DNA from: Candidatus Delongbacteria bacterium
Lineage (GTDB): Bacteria > CAIWAD01
Reading direction: 5' to 3'
DNA length: 64,000 bases
Assembly: GCA_963663545.1 (NCBI GenBank)
Contig: OY760505.1
Span: 1,216,001 to 1,280,000, forward strand
In this document: piece by piece, positions 39,889 through 49,043 of the stretch
Layout of the letters: each line of letters starts with the position of its first letter
Position numbering within the stretch: position 1 is the first letter of the stretch
Position numbers and translations under genes: made by a program
Notes under the pieces: model-generated
What the model saw: the letters and a program-made list of their open reading frames with translations, nothing else
Told to the model about the DNA's origin: nothing
Database searches by the model: none

Positions 39889-40373
39889 GGCAAAATCTCG
39901 TGCTTCTGGTTCTGAATCTTCGCCTGGAGCTTGATCAAGCCATCCAGGACGGTCTCGGCGTGAGGCGGACATCCGGGGATGTAAATGTCCACCGGCAGAA
40001 TCTGATCGATGCCCTGCAGAACAGCATAGTTGTTGTAAGGGCCACCACTGACGGTGCAAGCGCCAAAGGCCACGACCCATTTGGGTTCACACATCTGATC
40101 GTACACGCGGCGCAAAACAGGCGCCAGCTTGTGATTGATTGTGCCCACAACCAAAAGCACGTCGCACTGGCGGGGTGTGAAGCGCGGTAGACCGGCGCCG
40201 AAGCGATCCATATCGTAGCGCGACGCCGCCGCGGACATGTACTCCATTCCACAGCAGGCCGTAACGAAAGGATAATTGAAGAGGGAATACTTGCGCGCCC
40301 AACCAATAAGCTGATCCAGCTTGGTGGTCACGTAGGGTAGCGCCTCACCCGACGGACCGGAGGGTGTCCTCAT
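39885..40373 (-). CDS. nuoB: NADH-quinone oxidoreductase subunit B
   Basis: 'TACCGME', 'TPRQCD', '[10 protein letters not shown]', 'YIPGCPP'; ATGA overlap with nuoA. Confidence 0.95.
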   Translation of the reverse strand: MRTPSGPSGEALPYVTTKLDQLIGWARKYSLFNYPFVTACCGMEYMSAAASRYDMDRFGAGLPRFTPRQCDVLLVVGTINHKLAPVLRRVYDQMCEPKWVVAFGACTVSGGPYNNYAVLQGIDQILPVDIYIPGCPPHAETVLDGLIKLQAKIQNQKHEILP

Positions 40374-40729
40374 TTCCACTGGAAGATTCCTTTCCGCCAC
40401 TCGTACACCAGCCCCACCACAAGCATCAGCAGAAAGACCAGCACGGCCAGAAAGACTGGCAGTCCCAGTTCACGGTGCGCTGCCGCCCACGGATAGAGGT
40501 ACAACACTTCCACATCGAAGAGCACAAAGAGGATGGCCACCAGCCAGAAGCGTATGCGTAATCCGCCTCCACGCGGGCTGCCCCCCGCCTCCATACCGCA
40601 TTCGAAGGGCTCCATTTTGACCGGGTTCCGTCGCTTCGGTCCTAGCAGGGAGGCAAAGGCCCACATGCCGACGGCAGTGCCCAGGGCGACAAGGGCCAAG
40701 GTCAGCAGTCCAATGGTATTGGTGCTCAC
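40370..40729 (-). CDS. nuoA: NADH-quinone oxidoreductase subunit A
   Basis: 'PFECG', '[16 protein letters not shown]', 'YEWRKG'. Confidence 0.95.
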   Translation of the reverse strand: MSTNTIGLLTLALVALGTAVGMWAFASLLGPKRRNPVKMEPFECGMEAGGSPRGGGLRIRFWLVAILFVLFDVEVLYLYPWAAAHRELGLPVFLAVLVFLLMLVVGLVYEWRKGIFQWK

Positions 40730-40929
40730 GGCACGCTCCAGATTCGGATGTTACCGGATTGCCAGCCGATCCCGCCAAAGGCTGGCAAGACCGGTGAATA
40801 GGGGCCACGACAGGCCCAAAACGTCAAAAGTCGAGCACGATTGCTCAACCTTTGACTCTATTCAATATAGGCTTTTCGAGGCAAGGGAACGAGAGTATCG
40901 CCTTTGGATGACAGCGATATCGCACACTA

Positions 40930-43521
40930 TCAATCAACCGGATGCAGATCCTCCAAGTGCAGTTCCATCAATCGTGGTGCGACAAGCTGCTCTGGCAAGC
41001 CGGAGGAATCAACCGGCTCCGTTGCTGGCAGGTTGTCATCGATTCGCCAGACCAGGTTGGTCACATTGGGAATGGGCAGATACTTCAGAATGGGATTACC
41101 TGCGCTAAGGTTCAGCGTTGACGGCGTCAATGCAAAGGTCTGAATCGATGTACGTCGAAAGACCAGAATTGCCACCGTCTTCTCCTGAACCAGGTCAACA
41201 TCGCCCGTTGAGAGCAGCGCCAGATCGAGAGCATTTGCCTGCTGGATTGCAATGATGTTCTGATCAAAGATACCCGCATTCCATGCTCCGTAATACTCAA
41301 GGCCGAAGTCCAGCTCCAGGTGCATGTAAAGTACCCGCAGGTGACTAACAGGGCTGAGTATCACATCGACAAAGATGTAATCGCCCAATCCACTGTAAGG
41401 TGAAGGGGTCTCAAGCGACACATGACAGGGCATCAGGCTGTCATTGCCGTAAAGCGACAGTTCTGAGCACTCCACATTCAGGGCGCAGACGAGTTCGTCC
41501 TGTTCATCCGTTGTCTGCAGCACAGGTGTCAATGTGCATCGGCCATCGGCGCGTACTACAAAACGCAATGTCACCAGTTCACGCTGCCCGTACCACCCGG
41601 AGAACTGCGTACTGCTGTTCCACTGCAGATTTATTCCACCAACAGAAAGGTCCTCTACTTCGGGCGTGCTTGTCAGAACAGGGCCGTTCTCAACCTGTAC
41701 CAATTCCAGCTTGGCTGCATCGTAGAGAAATTGCAGGTGAAGGCTGTTGAAGGGCCTGCCGTGCTCCAGCATCAGCGCAGCCTCCAGTGTATCACCGATT
41801 GCTGCGGGCGGCGTTTGTAGCACCATGTGGGCGGAAGACAGCGTTGAGAAGCCATCCAATATCAGGCTGTACTGTTGATGACCGTTCTGCAACGCGCCTG
41901 TGTGTGATACAAGGACATAACATGTATCACCAACTGCAAGCGCTGTGCTACAAACCTCAATATTGTCGCGAACATTGACGCCGGTTGTAGCTGGCATATC
42001 CGGATTCGCTGGATCTAGTATCCAGGGATACCAGCTGTCGCCCTCTGGTCCAAGGATGCTCAAATCCAGATCGTTCACCAGCATCCGCGCAGGGGAATCA
42101 AGCACCGTGCCAACAGGAGTGGCAGCGGGATCGGTCCAACAAATACTGGCGCGCGGGTTCGGCTGTGTCACGACAACATGCAGTGTGTCTACACTGTCCT
42201 GGTACAAGTCCAGCTCGTGTATCACATCATGAGTCTCGTTCTCGCGCAGCATCAGCTTCGCTGCCGCTTCACCATCCAACAAGCCCCATCCAAAGCGATA
42301 ATCGGGTCCGGGGGCTGGCCCGGCCTCGCGCGCCGTGTGACACATCAGACCGCGCAAGCTGGCGCTAAGCAGCATGCGTCCATGGCGTAACAACTCCTCA
42401 TCCGGATGTCCCTCCAGATAGAGCTGTTGCAACATGGCTGCCGTAGCCGTAACAACCGGTGCAGCCATTGACGTCCCGCTCAGGCGCGCATACCCGCTTT
42501 CGCCCGAGTAACTTGAATAGAGCGACAATCCGTTGGCACACAGATCTGGTTTGATGCGACCATCGTCCACCGGCCCGCAACCCGCGCTTGAAGCATGCTC
42601 GATATCCTCCGGTTCAGGAGGCCAACTCGCCACATCATTCACGCTGCCGACGGTCATGATGTTTTTAGCTGTCCCGGTGTAATCAATGCTGTCATAGCCA
42701 TCTTCTCCACCATCGGGTTGACGAACTACAGTACTCGCCGTCCACTGGTTGTCGACAAATACGTAATGCAAGCCCCCTGGCTCGGGTCCGGTCTGCGAGG
42801 GATGGTTCCCCGCTGAGCGCACCTGTAGCAGATAGGGACAAATTCTCGCAATCTGATCCATCGTCTGGGAATCTGCGGTGTAGGCGCCGAATCGCCAGTC
42901 CTCTTCCTCGCTGATGTCCGGGTCACCGTTCCAATACCAGGTTCCGACCGCATTGTACCACCCGGCAGAAACTCCGTAGGAGTGGTTGCTCACCAGTACG
43001 AGTCCGCTCTGGCCGGCACTCAGCAGCTCGCCCAAATCGCCCATCCAATCCCAGCAGTTGAGGCGCGCAGCTCCCCAGGCCATTCCGCGTGCGTTGGCAG
43101 CGACACCGGATGCGATCATGGTTCCCGCCACGTGGGTCATGTGTGTTGCGTAGGAAGAGCTCATATCACGCTGCACATAGCGGCCAGTAAGCTCTACATG
43201 GTTGTAAGGGCGGCCACCATCCCAGACTCCCAACCAATCGATGCGATCTCCGCTGAAATCCAGCCCCAGGCTGCCGCCGGTATAGAGCTGGTCCACACCC
43301 GAGGTGCGTGCCGCATCGACATTATGCAACTCGTAATACACCGGTCGCATGCGGTCGCTCACGGCCATCAGGCGCAAATTGTCCTGGCGATTCAACACAG
43401 CGCTCGGGCCTTCGCTGGCCGAAAGTAGCTGTTGATACAGGGCTTCTTTCTGGTTTTCGACGGCGAAAGAGGCAGCACTGATCAGACAGGTGATGCTCAG
43501 AGTAAGGGGCAGCGTTCTCAT
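40930..43521 (-). CDS. Secreted S8 (subtilisin-like) serine peptidase with C-terminal cohesin-like domains
   Basis: Catalytic 'VWDGG', 'HMTHVAGT', 'GTSMAAP'; 'GRIKPD'; cohesin-like 'GDTLEAALML...LQFLYDAAKLELV'. Confidence 0.88.
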   Translation of the reverse strand: MRTLPLTLSITCLISAASFAVENQKEALYQQLLSASEGPSAVLNRQDNLRLMAVSDRMRPVYYELHNVDAARTSGVDQLYTGGSLGLDFSGDRIDWLGVWDGGRPYNHVELTGRYVQRDMSSSYATHMTHVAGTMIASGVAANARGMAWGAARLNCWDWMGDLGELLSAGQSGLVLVSNHSYGVSAGWYNAVGTWYWNGDPDISEEEDWRFGAYTADSQTMDQIARICPYLLQVRSAGNHPSQTGPEPGGLHYVFVDNQWTASTVVRQPDGGEDGYDSIDYTGTAKNIMTVGSVNDVASWPPEPEDIEHASSAGCGPVDDGRIKPDLCANGLSLYSSYSGESGYARLSGTSMAAPVVTATAAMLQQLYLEGHPDEELLRHGRMLLSASLRGLMCHTAREAGPAPGPDYRFGWGLLDGEAAAKLMLRENETHDVIHELDLYQDSVDTLHVVVTQPNPRASICWTDPAATPVGTVLDSPARMLVNDLDLSILGPEGDSWYPWILDPANPDMPATTGVNVRDNIEVCSTALAVGDTCYVLVSHTGALQNGHQQYSLILDGFSTLSSAHMVLQTPPAAIGDTLEAALMLEHGRPFNSLHLQFLYDAAKLELVQVENGPVLTSTPEVEDLSVGGINLQWNSSTQFSGWYGQRELVTLRFVVRADGRCTLTPVLQTTDEQDELVCALNVECSELSLYGNDSLMPCHVSLETPSPYSGLGDYIFVDVILSPVSHLRVLYMHLELDFGLEYYGAWNAGIFDQNIIAIQQANALDLALLSTGDVDLVQEKTVAILVFRRTSIQTFALTPSTLNLSAGNPILKYLPIPNVTNLVWRIDDNLPATEPVDSSGLPEQLVAPRLMELHLEDLHPVD

Positions 43522-43731
43522 GTCGCTCTTCCAAGATAGATCGGTTAACCGATCGTGCACGGGGACTCCTTGCCGTCCCACCGTGTACCTGCGCTGGCTG
43601 GGCGGCACCCTGCAACAAGCACCCGAAGTATAGCTCTCTTCAAGTCAGAGCAGCATGATCTGTGTCACATTTTGCACGTGATTCATATTGAAAGCGATGT
43701 TATCAATTTGTTCCAGGGCACGGCCCAGCAT

Positions 43732-43762
43732 AAAAAAAGCAGCGATAGCTTGCTACCGCTGC
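43732..43762 (-). terminator. Intrinsic terminator after tonB
   Basis: GCAGCGGUAGC/GCUAUCGCUGC followed by U7 on the minus strand. Confidence 0.8.
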
Positions 43763-43785
43763 GAAAATTCTTTTGCTGGAGACGA

Positions 43786-44442
43786 CTAGTTCTGCGTCTC
43801 GAACTTGATGACCTGGCTCATACGCACAGCCACAAAACGGTCGCGCTGTTTTCCAGGCGTAAAGCGAATCTGCGCCAATGCGTCGATGGCCGCCTGACCG
43901 AAGCCAAGGCCCTCGGGACGTTCTGCCATGATCACAAAATCGCGCGTAGTGCCATCCGGACCTACGATGAACTGAATCTGGGCAAGCCCCGCCACACCGG
44001 CACGAATCGCGGTCTCGGGGTACTTGACCAGCTTGTACAAAGCCGCCGTCCCGCCCTGCATTTCAGGAGGATTCTCGATGGCAAAGAAGTCCACGATCTC
44101 TTCCTCAGCATCCTGCCGGGGCGGAGGCGGAGGCGGAGCCATGGTCCAGTCTTCTTCCTCATCGAACTCGAACTCTTCGTCCTGGGCGATCTGCTCGTCC
44201 TCATCGGCCACGGTAAAAGTGGGACGACTGGGACGGGGCTGCGTCTTCTGCTGCACCGTCTGTTGCACCTGTTCCACTTCCATGACCTGCTGCTTGACCA
44301 CAACCTCACGCACTTCAGCGCTGAATTGTTTGAACGCCAGGAAGGCGAGGATGAAGAGCAGCAAGCCGATCACCAGACCCAACTCGGACAGGGACTGGTA
44401 CTTCAAGGAGATATCGGCGGCTGGGTCTTTGTGAAATTTCAT
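43786..44442 (-). CDS. tonB: Energy transducer TonB
   Basis: N-terminal TM, Pro-rich linker, 'YPETAIRAGVAG', 'FTPGKQR'. Confidence 0.88.
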   Translation of the reverse strand: MKFHKDPAADISLKYQSLSELGLVIGLLLFILAFLAFKQFSAEVREVVVKQQVMEVEQVQQTVQQKTQPRPSRPTFTVADEDEQIAQDEEFEFDEEEDWTMAPPPPPPRQDAEEEIVDFFAIENPPEMQGGTAALYKLVKYPETAIRAGVAGLAQIQFIVGPDGTTRDFVIMAERPEGLGFGQAAIDALAQIRFTPGKQRDRFVAVRMSQVIKFETQN

Positions 44443-44453
44443 TCCCGTCTCCC

Positions 44454-44876
44454 CTAGTTTGCGAAGCGGGTGTTGTAATTGACGCGCAGGGTATAGGCCT
44501 TGCGGCACTCCTGCTGAACATCGTTGATGATTTTCATGCGGCACTCACTGTCTGCCTTCATGGAAATCACCGTGCGTGGATTGGCAACCCGGCGATCGTA
44601 GAGAATGCCGTTCAGGGTCTCAATCTCATTGTAGGGGACGAACTGATCATCAATCATGATGCGGTCGTTCTTGTCCACCCAGATATAGGTGATGTCGATT
44701 TTCGCGACTTCAATCTTCTGCGTCGTCCTGGCTTCAGGGATGCGCACCGGAATACCGTCATACTGGCGGATGGTGGTAGCAGCCATGAAGAAGATCAGCA
44801 GCATGAAGATGATGTCGGGCATGGAGGCCGTTGGAATGGCGGCTTCCGTGCTCAGCGAGCTTTGGACTCGTGCCAT
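44454..44876 (-). CDS. exbD: Biopolymer transporter ExbD
   Basis: 'IPTASMPDIIFMLLIFFM', 'MKAD'. Confidence 0.88.
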   Translation of the reverse strand: MARVQSSLSTEAAIPTASMPDIIFMLLIFFMAATTIRQYDGIPVRIPEARTTQKIEVAKIDITYIWVDKNDRIMIDDQFVPYNEIETLNGILYDRRVANPRTVISMKADSECRMKIINDVQQECRKAYTLRVNYNTRFAN

Positions 44877-44884
44877 GCTGCCTC

Positions 44885-45316
44885 CTACTCCGGTTCCGCG
44901 ATCGAGATCTTGGTCGCACCCGCATCCTTCACCCGGTCAAGGACGAAAATGTAGTCCTCGTACTCGGTGCCGTTTTGGGTCTTGATCGACACGATCTTCT
45001 TGTATTTACCTTCCTCGTCACGACCGTAGGCGTCCAGCTTCTCGCGAACGCGGCTAAACAGTTCGCCCTGGCTGGCCAGCACCTGCTCGTCGACCATGAT
45101 CTGGCCATCCTCGGCAATGAGGATGTTCAGCAGCTGGTCTTTGGGCAAACGGATGCTCTCCGTGTCCTCGCTGAATTCAGGCAAGGTCAGGGGGATACCC
45201 TTATCGGTGCTGAAGGTTGTGGTGACCAGGAAGAAGATCAGCAGCATGAAGACGATATCCGGCATCGAAGCGGTCGGAATATCAGCCTCAAGGCTGCCTT
45301 TCTTGTGCTTGATCAT
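44885..45316 (-). CDS. exbD: Biopolymer transporter ExbD
   Basis: 'IPTASMPDIVFMLLIFFLVTT'. Confidence 0.88.
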   Translation of the reverse strand: MIKHKKGSLEADIPTASMPDIVFMLLIFFLVTTTFSTDKGIPLTLPEFSEDTESIRLPKDQLLNILIAEDGQIMVDEQVLASQGELFSRVREKLDAYGRDEEGKYKKIVSIKTQNGTEYEDYIFVLDRVKDAGATKISIAEPE

Positions 45317-45366
45317 GCTGAGGTCCTTTGTCAGCGGCCGCTAGCGGCCAGTTCTGAACGCTGGGC

Positions 45367-45978
45367 TTACTTGCCTTCGCGCTCGATCAGCATCTCCACC
45401 AGCTCCACCGAGGCTTCTTCCATGTCCACGACCATGCCGTTGATCTTGGCGGTGAAGACGTTGAAGAAGAACTGGGTGAACATGGCGCTGATCAGACCAA
45501 AGGCGGTGGTCAGCAGGGCGATCTTGATACCGCTGGCGACGGTGGCCGGGGTCATGTCGTTGGCGGCGGAGATGTCATCGAAGGCTTTGATCATACCAAC
45601 CACGGTACCGGTGAAGCCGAACATGGGGGCCAACGCAGTACAAGTGGACAGCCAGATCATACCGCGCTCGAGCATGGCCATCTCGATGGTGGCGGCATTG
45701 GTGATGCCCTTCTCGACCTGGTCGATGCCGCGGTTGACGCGCAGCAGACCGGCGTGAACGATGGAAGCCACCGGACCGCGCGTGGAAGCACAAATCTCGG
45801 AAGCCTTGTCGGCACCGCCCTCTTCCAGGGCTTTGCGGATCTTGAGGCTGAATGTCTTCACGTTGGTGGAAGCCATCCAAAGGGTGACGGACTTGACGAA
45901 GATGATCATGATGCCGAGCAGCAGGATGATCAGGATGGGCCACATGAAGGCGCCGCCATCATTGAAATACTTGAGCAT
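45367..45978 (-). CDS. exbB: MotA/TolQ/ExbB proton channel
   Basis: 'GGAFMWPI', 'APMFGFTGTVVGMI', 'ASGIKIALLTTAFGL'. Confidence 0.9.
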   Translation of the reverse strand: MLKYFNDGGAFMWPILIILLLGIMIIFVKSVTLWMASTNVKTFSLKIRKALEEGGADKASEICASTRGPVASIVHAGLLRVNRGIDQVEKGITNAATIEMAMLERGMIWLSTCTALAPMFGFTGTVVGMIKAFDDISAANDMTPATVASGIKIALLTTAFGLISAMFTQFFFNVFTAKINGMVVDMEEASVELVEMLIEREGK

Positions 45979-46075
45979 CAGTTATGGTCCTCCAAAAGGG
46001 CTGATTTTCTGCGTTGCTCCCGCCGTCTCAAAGCGGCGGGAAAGCCGCTGGTTGGCTTCTCCAGAGCGACAGACT

Positions 46076-46104
46076 AATCTACAGCATGGGTCAAGGATTG
46101 TCAA
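46076..46104 (-). promoter_or_regulatory. Sigma70-type promoter of the exbB-exbD-exbD-tonB operon
   Basis: TTGACA-17 bp-TAGATT on the minus strand. Confidence 0.7.
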
Positions 46105-46162
46105 CGCGCCGCCTCTCTTGAGGCGCCCGGGGAAGCGGAAAGGCTCCCCGAGGTAACACGCC

Positions 46163-47758
46163 TCAGTTCTTCTTCAGATTTTGCACGCGAATGGCCTCCG
46201 GGAACAGGCGACGCGCTTCGGCTACACTGGGATCGATGGCAACATCTACCTGTAGTGCCTGCTCGCGGCCCCAGATAACGCGTGCAAACTCACGCTTGAG
46301 GTAGCCCTGAATCCAGCGCCGATCGCTGCGCCAGCCTTCCTCAGCGAAGTCCACCGTCTTGTCCGCGCTTTCGCGGAAGTCGCGTAGCACGGCTTCTTCG
46401 GGCTGCCAATGCAGCAGGAACTCCTCGAAATCCATGCGCTGCAGCTGATCATGAAACTCGCCTGCAGCCGCGTACTGATTGGCAAAATCAAAGAAAGCCT
46501 GCTTTGTGCGCAAACGGCTGGTGTAGGCCGAAAGCCGTCCGCTGCGAATGCGCACGTCGGGCGTGATACCGCCGCCACCGTAAACGACGCGACCGGCATC
46601 CGTGTGATACACGGGGCGAACCGCCGTGCTGTCCTCAATCAGATTCGGATCCACATCGTCGTAGCCTTCCAGGTAATAGTCGACCAGGCCCTTGTCATAG
46701 GGTCGCTGAATCAGTCGATGGCTGGGCGTGAAGTAATGGGCAATTGTCACACGCACCGCGCTGGAATCCTTCATGTCGAACTGACGCTGCACCAGACCCT
46801 TGCCGAAGCTGGTCTGGCCCACAATCAGGCCGCGGTCGTGATCCTGAATGGCACCGGACACGATTTCGCTGGCGCTGGCGCTGCCCTGGTTGATCATGAT
46901 GATCAGCGGGAAGTCCTCCAGTGTCGTACGATCCGTTGAACGGAAGACCTCATTGAATTCGCGCAGGCGACCTTCGGTGGAAACGATGACCTGACCGCCG
47001 GGAAGGAAGAGGTCGGAAATGCGTTCCGCCTGATCGAGAAGGCCCCCCGTGTTTCCACGCAAGTCAAAGATCAGCTTCTCCATTCCCTCGGTCTGCAAGC
47101 GCCGAATGGCCGTAGAAACTTCCTGGTCACTGGTCTGCATGAAGCGATTGAGGCGCACATAGCCCACGCCATCACCAATCATGAAGGCGCTCTCGACGCT
47201 GTAAATGGGAATGCGCTCGCGGGTAATGGCAAACTCCAGCAGCTCGTTCATACCGCGACGGCGTACCTTGATCTTCACCGTCGTGCCGCGAGGCCCTTTC
47301 AGCTTCTTCTGCACTTCGCTGTTGGTGATCCCCCAGGTGTTAACGCCCTCGATTTCAACGATTTCGTCGCCAGGGCTGATTCCAAGCCGATCCGAAGGAG
47401 TGCCGGGAATGGCCGAGACCACCGTCAGCACTTTTTCGCGTATCACGAAGTAGACGCCGATGCCCTCGAACTCGCCGCGCACATCTTCGGTGACTTCGCT
47501 CAGCTCCTCCTTTGGCAGATAAACCGAATGTGGATCAAGCGCCGACAGCATGCCGGTAATGGCACCATCGGTCAGTTCGTCCACGTCGGCGGGCTCGACG
47601 TAGAGCTCCAGGACCAGCTGCATCACATTGCTGAGTTTCTGCAGGCTAAGGATCGGGTTGCCGCCTGAGGCGGCGCTGCACTGGGAACCACGGAAGAAGA
47701 AGTAAACCAGTGGTATTGCCAGAAGCAGCCAAAGGAGGTGTCGCTTGCTGAGTTTCAT
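46163..47758 (-). CDS. ctpA: S41 C-terminal processing peptidase
   Basis: 'LDPHS', PDZ 'FEGIG', 'DLRGNTGG', 'SASASEIVSGAIQD', 'FGKGLVQ'. Confidence 0.9.
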   Translation of the reverse strand: MKLSKRHLLWLLLAIPLVYFFFRGSQCSAASGGNPILSLQKLSNVMQLVLELYVEPADVDELTDGAITGMLSALDPHSVYLPKEELSEVTEDVRGEFEGIGVYFVIREKVLTVVSAIPGTPSDRLGISPGDEIVEIEGVNTWGITNSEVQKKLKGPRGTTVKIKVRRRGMNELLEFAITRERIPIYSVESAFMIGDGVGYVRLNRFMQTSDQEVSTAIRRLQTEGMEKLIFDLRGNTGGLLDQAERISDLFLPGGQVIVSTEGRLREFNEVFRSTDRTTLEDFPLIIMINQGSASASEIVSGAIQDHDRGLIVGQTSFGKGLVQRQFDMKDSSAVRVTIAHYFTPSHRLIQRPYDKGLVDYYLEGYDDVDPNLIEDSTAVRPVYHTDAGRVVYGGGGITPDVRIRSGRLSAYTSRLRTKQAFFDFANQYAAAGEFHDQLQRMDFEEFLLHWQPEEAVLRDFRESADKTVDFAEEGWRSDRRWIQGYLKREFARVIWGREQALQVDVAIDPSVAEARRLFPEAIRVQNLKKN

Positions 47759-47828
47759 GTCAGCAACCTACCATCCGCGCGATTCTCGTGCAATTGGCCA
47801 CCGGGGAGATGCTTGCCGATTTTCACTC

Positions 47829-48974
47829 TCATGGTGTGCGCAAGCGCCAACGATCGCCAGGCAACCGTGTTACAAGCCCGGCCATTTCCAGTTCCATCAG
47901 GCCACTAGCCAACTCACCGGCTTCGCGCCCGGCAAGCAACTCGTCACGCCATCGTGGCTGACGCAGAGCAAACGCCAGCTCGCGCAGATAAGGAGAAAGC
48001 GCAGCAAGTCTTTGTATCACGCCGTCCTCCACAGGTTTTGTATCACGGCTAACCAGGCCTAATGGCAAGGAGGAAAGATCCTCCAGCAGATCTTCTGCAC
48101 TGCACACAAGTCGCGCCCCCTCGCGGATTAACCGGTGGCAGCCCTCGAAATGTGGATCGGCTGCGCCGCCCGGACAAGCGAGCACTTCGCGGTTTTCCTC
48201 CAATGCCAGACGGGCCGTGATCAGCGCTCCAGAACGCAGAGGCGCTTGCACAACGACGACAGCACGGCACAACCCCGCGACAATGCGATTGCGACGCGGA
48301 AACTGCCAGGCGCGCGTCTCGCTCCAGGGTGGTTGTTCGCTTAGCAGCAGGCCCTCTTTTCCGATGCGCTTCAGCAGCTCGCGATGACGCCAAGGATAGG
48401 GATGATCGAAGCCCGGCCCCAGTACCGCGCAGGTGTCCGCGTTTCCGGCACCCAGGTGGGCGGCGTGATCAATACCTCGCGCTGCACCGGAAACGACCAG
48501 TAGACCGGCTCCCACTAAGGTGCGCGCCAACTGACGAGCCAGCTCCGTTCCTTCGCCGGTAGCAGCACGCGTACCTACAATGGCCACAGCTTCGCGCTCG
48601 AGCAGCTCAAGCCTTCCGCGCGCAAAAAGCAGCGCAGGAGGATCAGCCGTCTCACGCAGTAACCGGGGGTAGTCTGTATCACACAATCTAAGTAGGCGCA
48701 ACTCGCCGGCCGCCTGTCGTTCGAGCAGCGTCGGCAATCGTGCGTCAACCAACAGCTCATTGAAAGCCTGACTCAGCTCGGTAGAATGGGCGCAAATGCG
48801 CTCGTGCACGAGCTTCGTCTTTCCCTGAGCCTGCAGCGACAGCAGGCCTTCGCGCTCATTGCGCCCCACGCCGCCAAGCAGCAGCAGCGCAAGCTCTTGC
48901 AGATCCATTGACATCATGGGCTGTGATACGTGAGAGAAAAAAGCAGGATCCCCATTTTCGGCCTCTCGCGCCAT
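47829..48974 (-). CDS. dprA: DNA-processing protein DprA (start uncertain)
   Basis: 'YPRLL', 'AIVGTR', 'VSGAARGID', 'FPRRNRIVAG', 'SGALITA', C-terminal winged helix. Confidence 0.92.
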   Translation of the reverse strand: MAREAENGDPAFFSHVSQPMMSMDLQELALLLLGGVGRNEREGLLSLQAQGKTKLVHERICAHSTELSQAFNELLVDARLPTLLERQAAGELRLLRLCDTDYPRLLRETADPPALLFARGRLELLEREAVAIVGTRAATGEGTELARQLARTLVGAGLLVVSGAARGIDHAAHLGAGNADTCAVLGPGFDHPYPWRHRELLKRIGKEGLLLSEQPPWSETRAWQFPRRNRIVAGLCRAVVVVQAPLRSGALITARLALEENREVLACPGGAADPHFEGCHRLIREGARLVCSAEDLLEDLSSLPLGLVSRDTKPVEDGVIQRLAALSPYLRELAFALRQPRWRDELLAGREAGELASGLMELEMAGLVTRLPGDRWRLRTP

Positions 48975-49043
48975 GGGGATCCTGAATGTATGCTCATTTG
49001 GACACTTTCGCGCAGTCTGCCGCGCCAGAGGTCCGAAAAGGGC

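Noticed and set aside
44454..45316. Two exbD genes with near-identical TM segments
   Set aside because: ExbB-ExbD-ExbD-TonB is a common FCB arrangement
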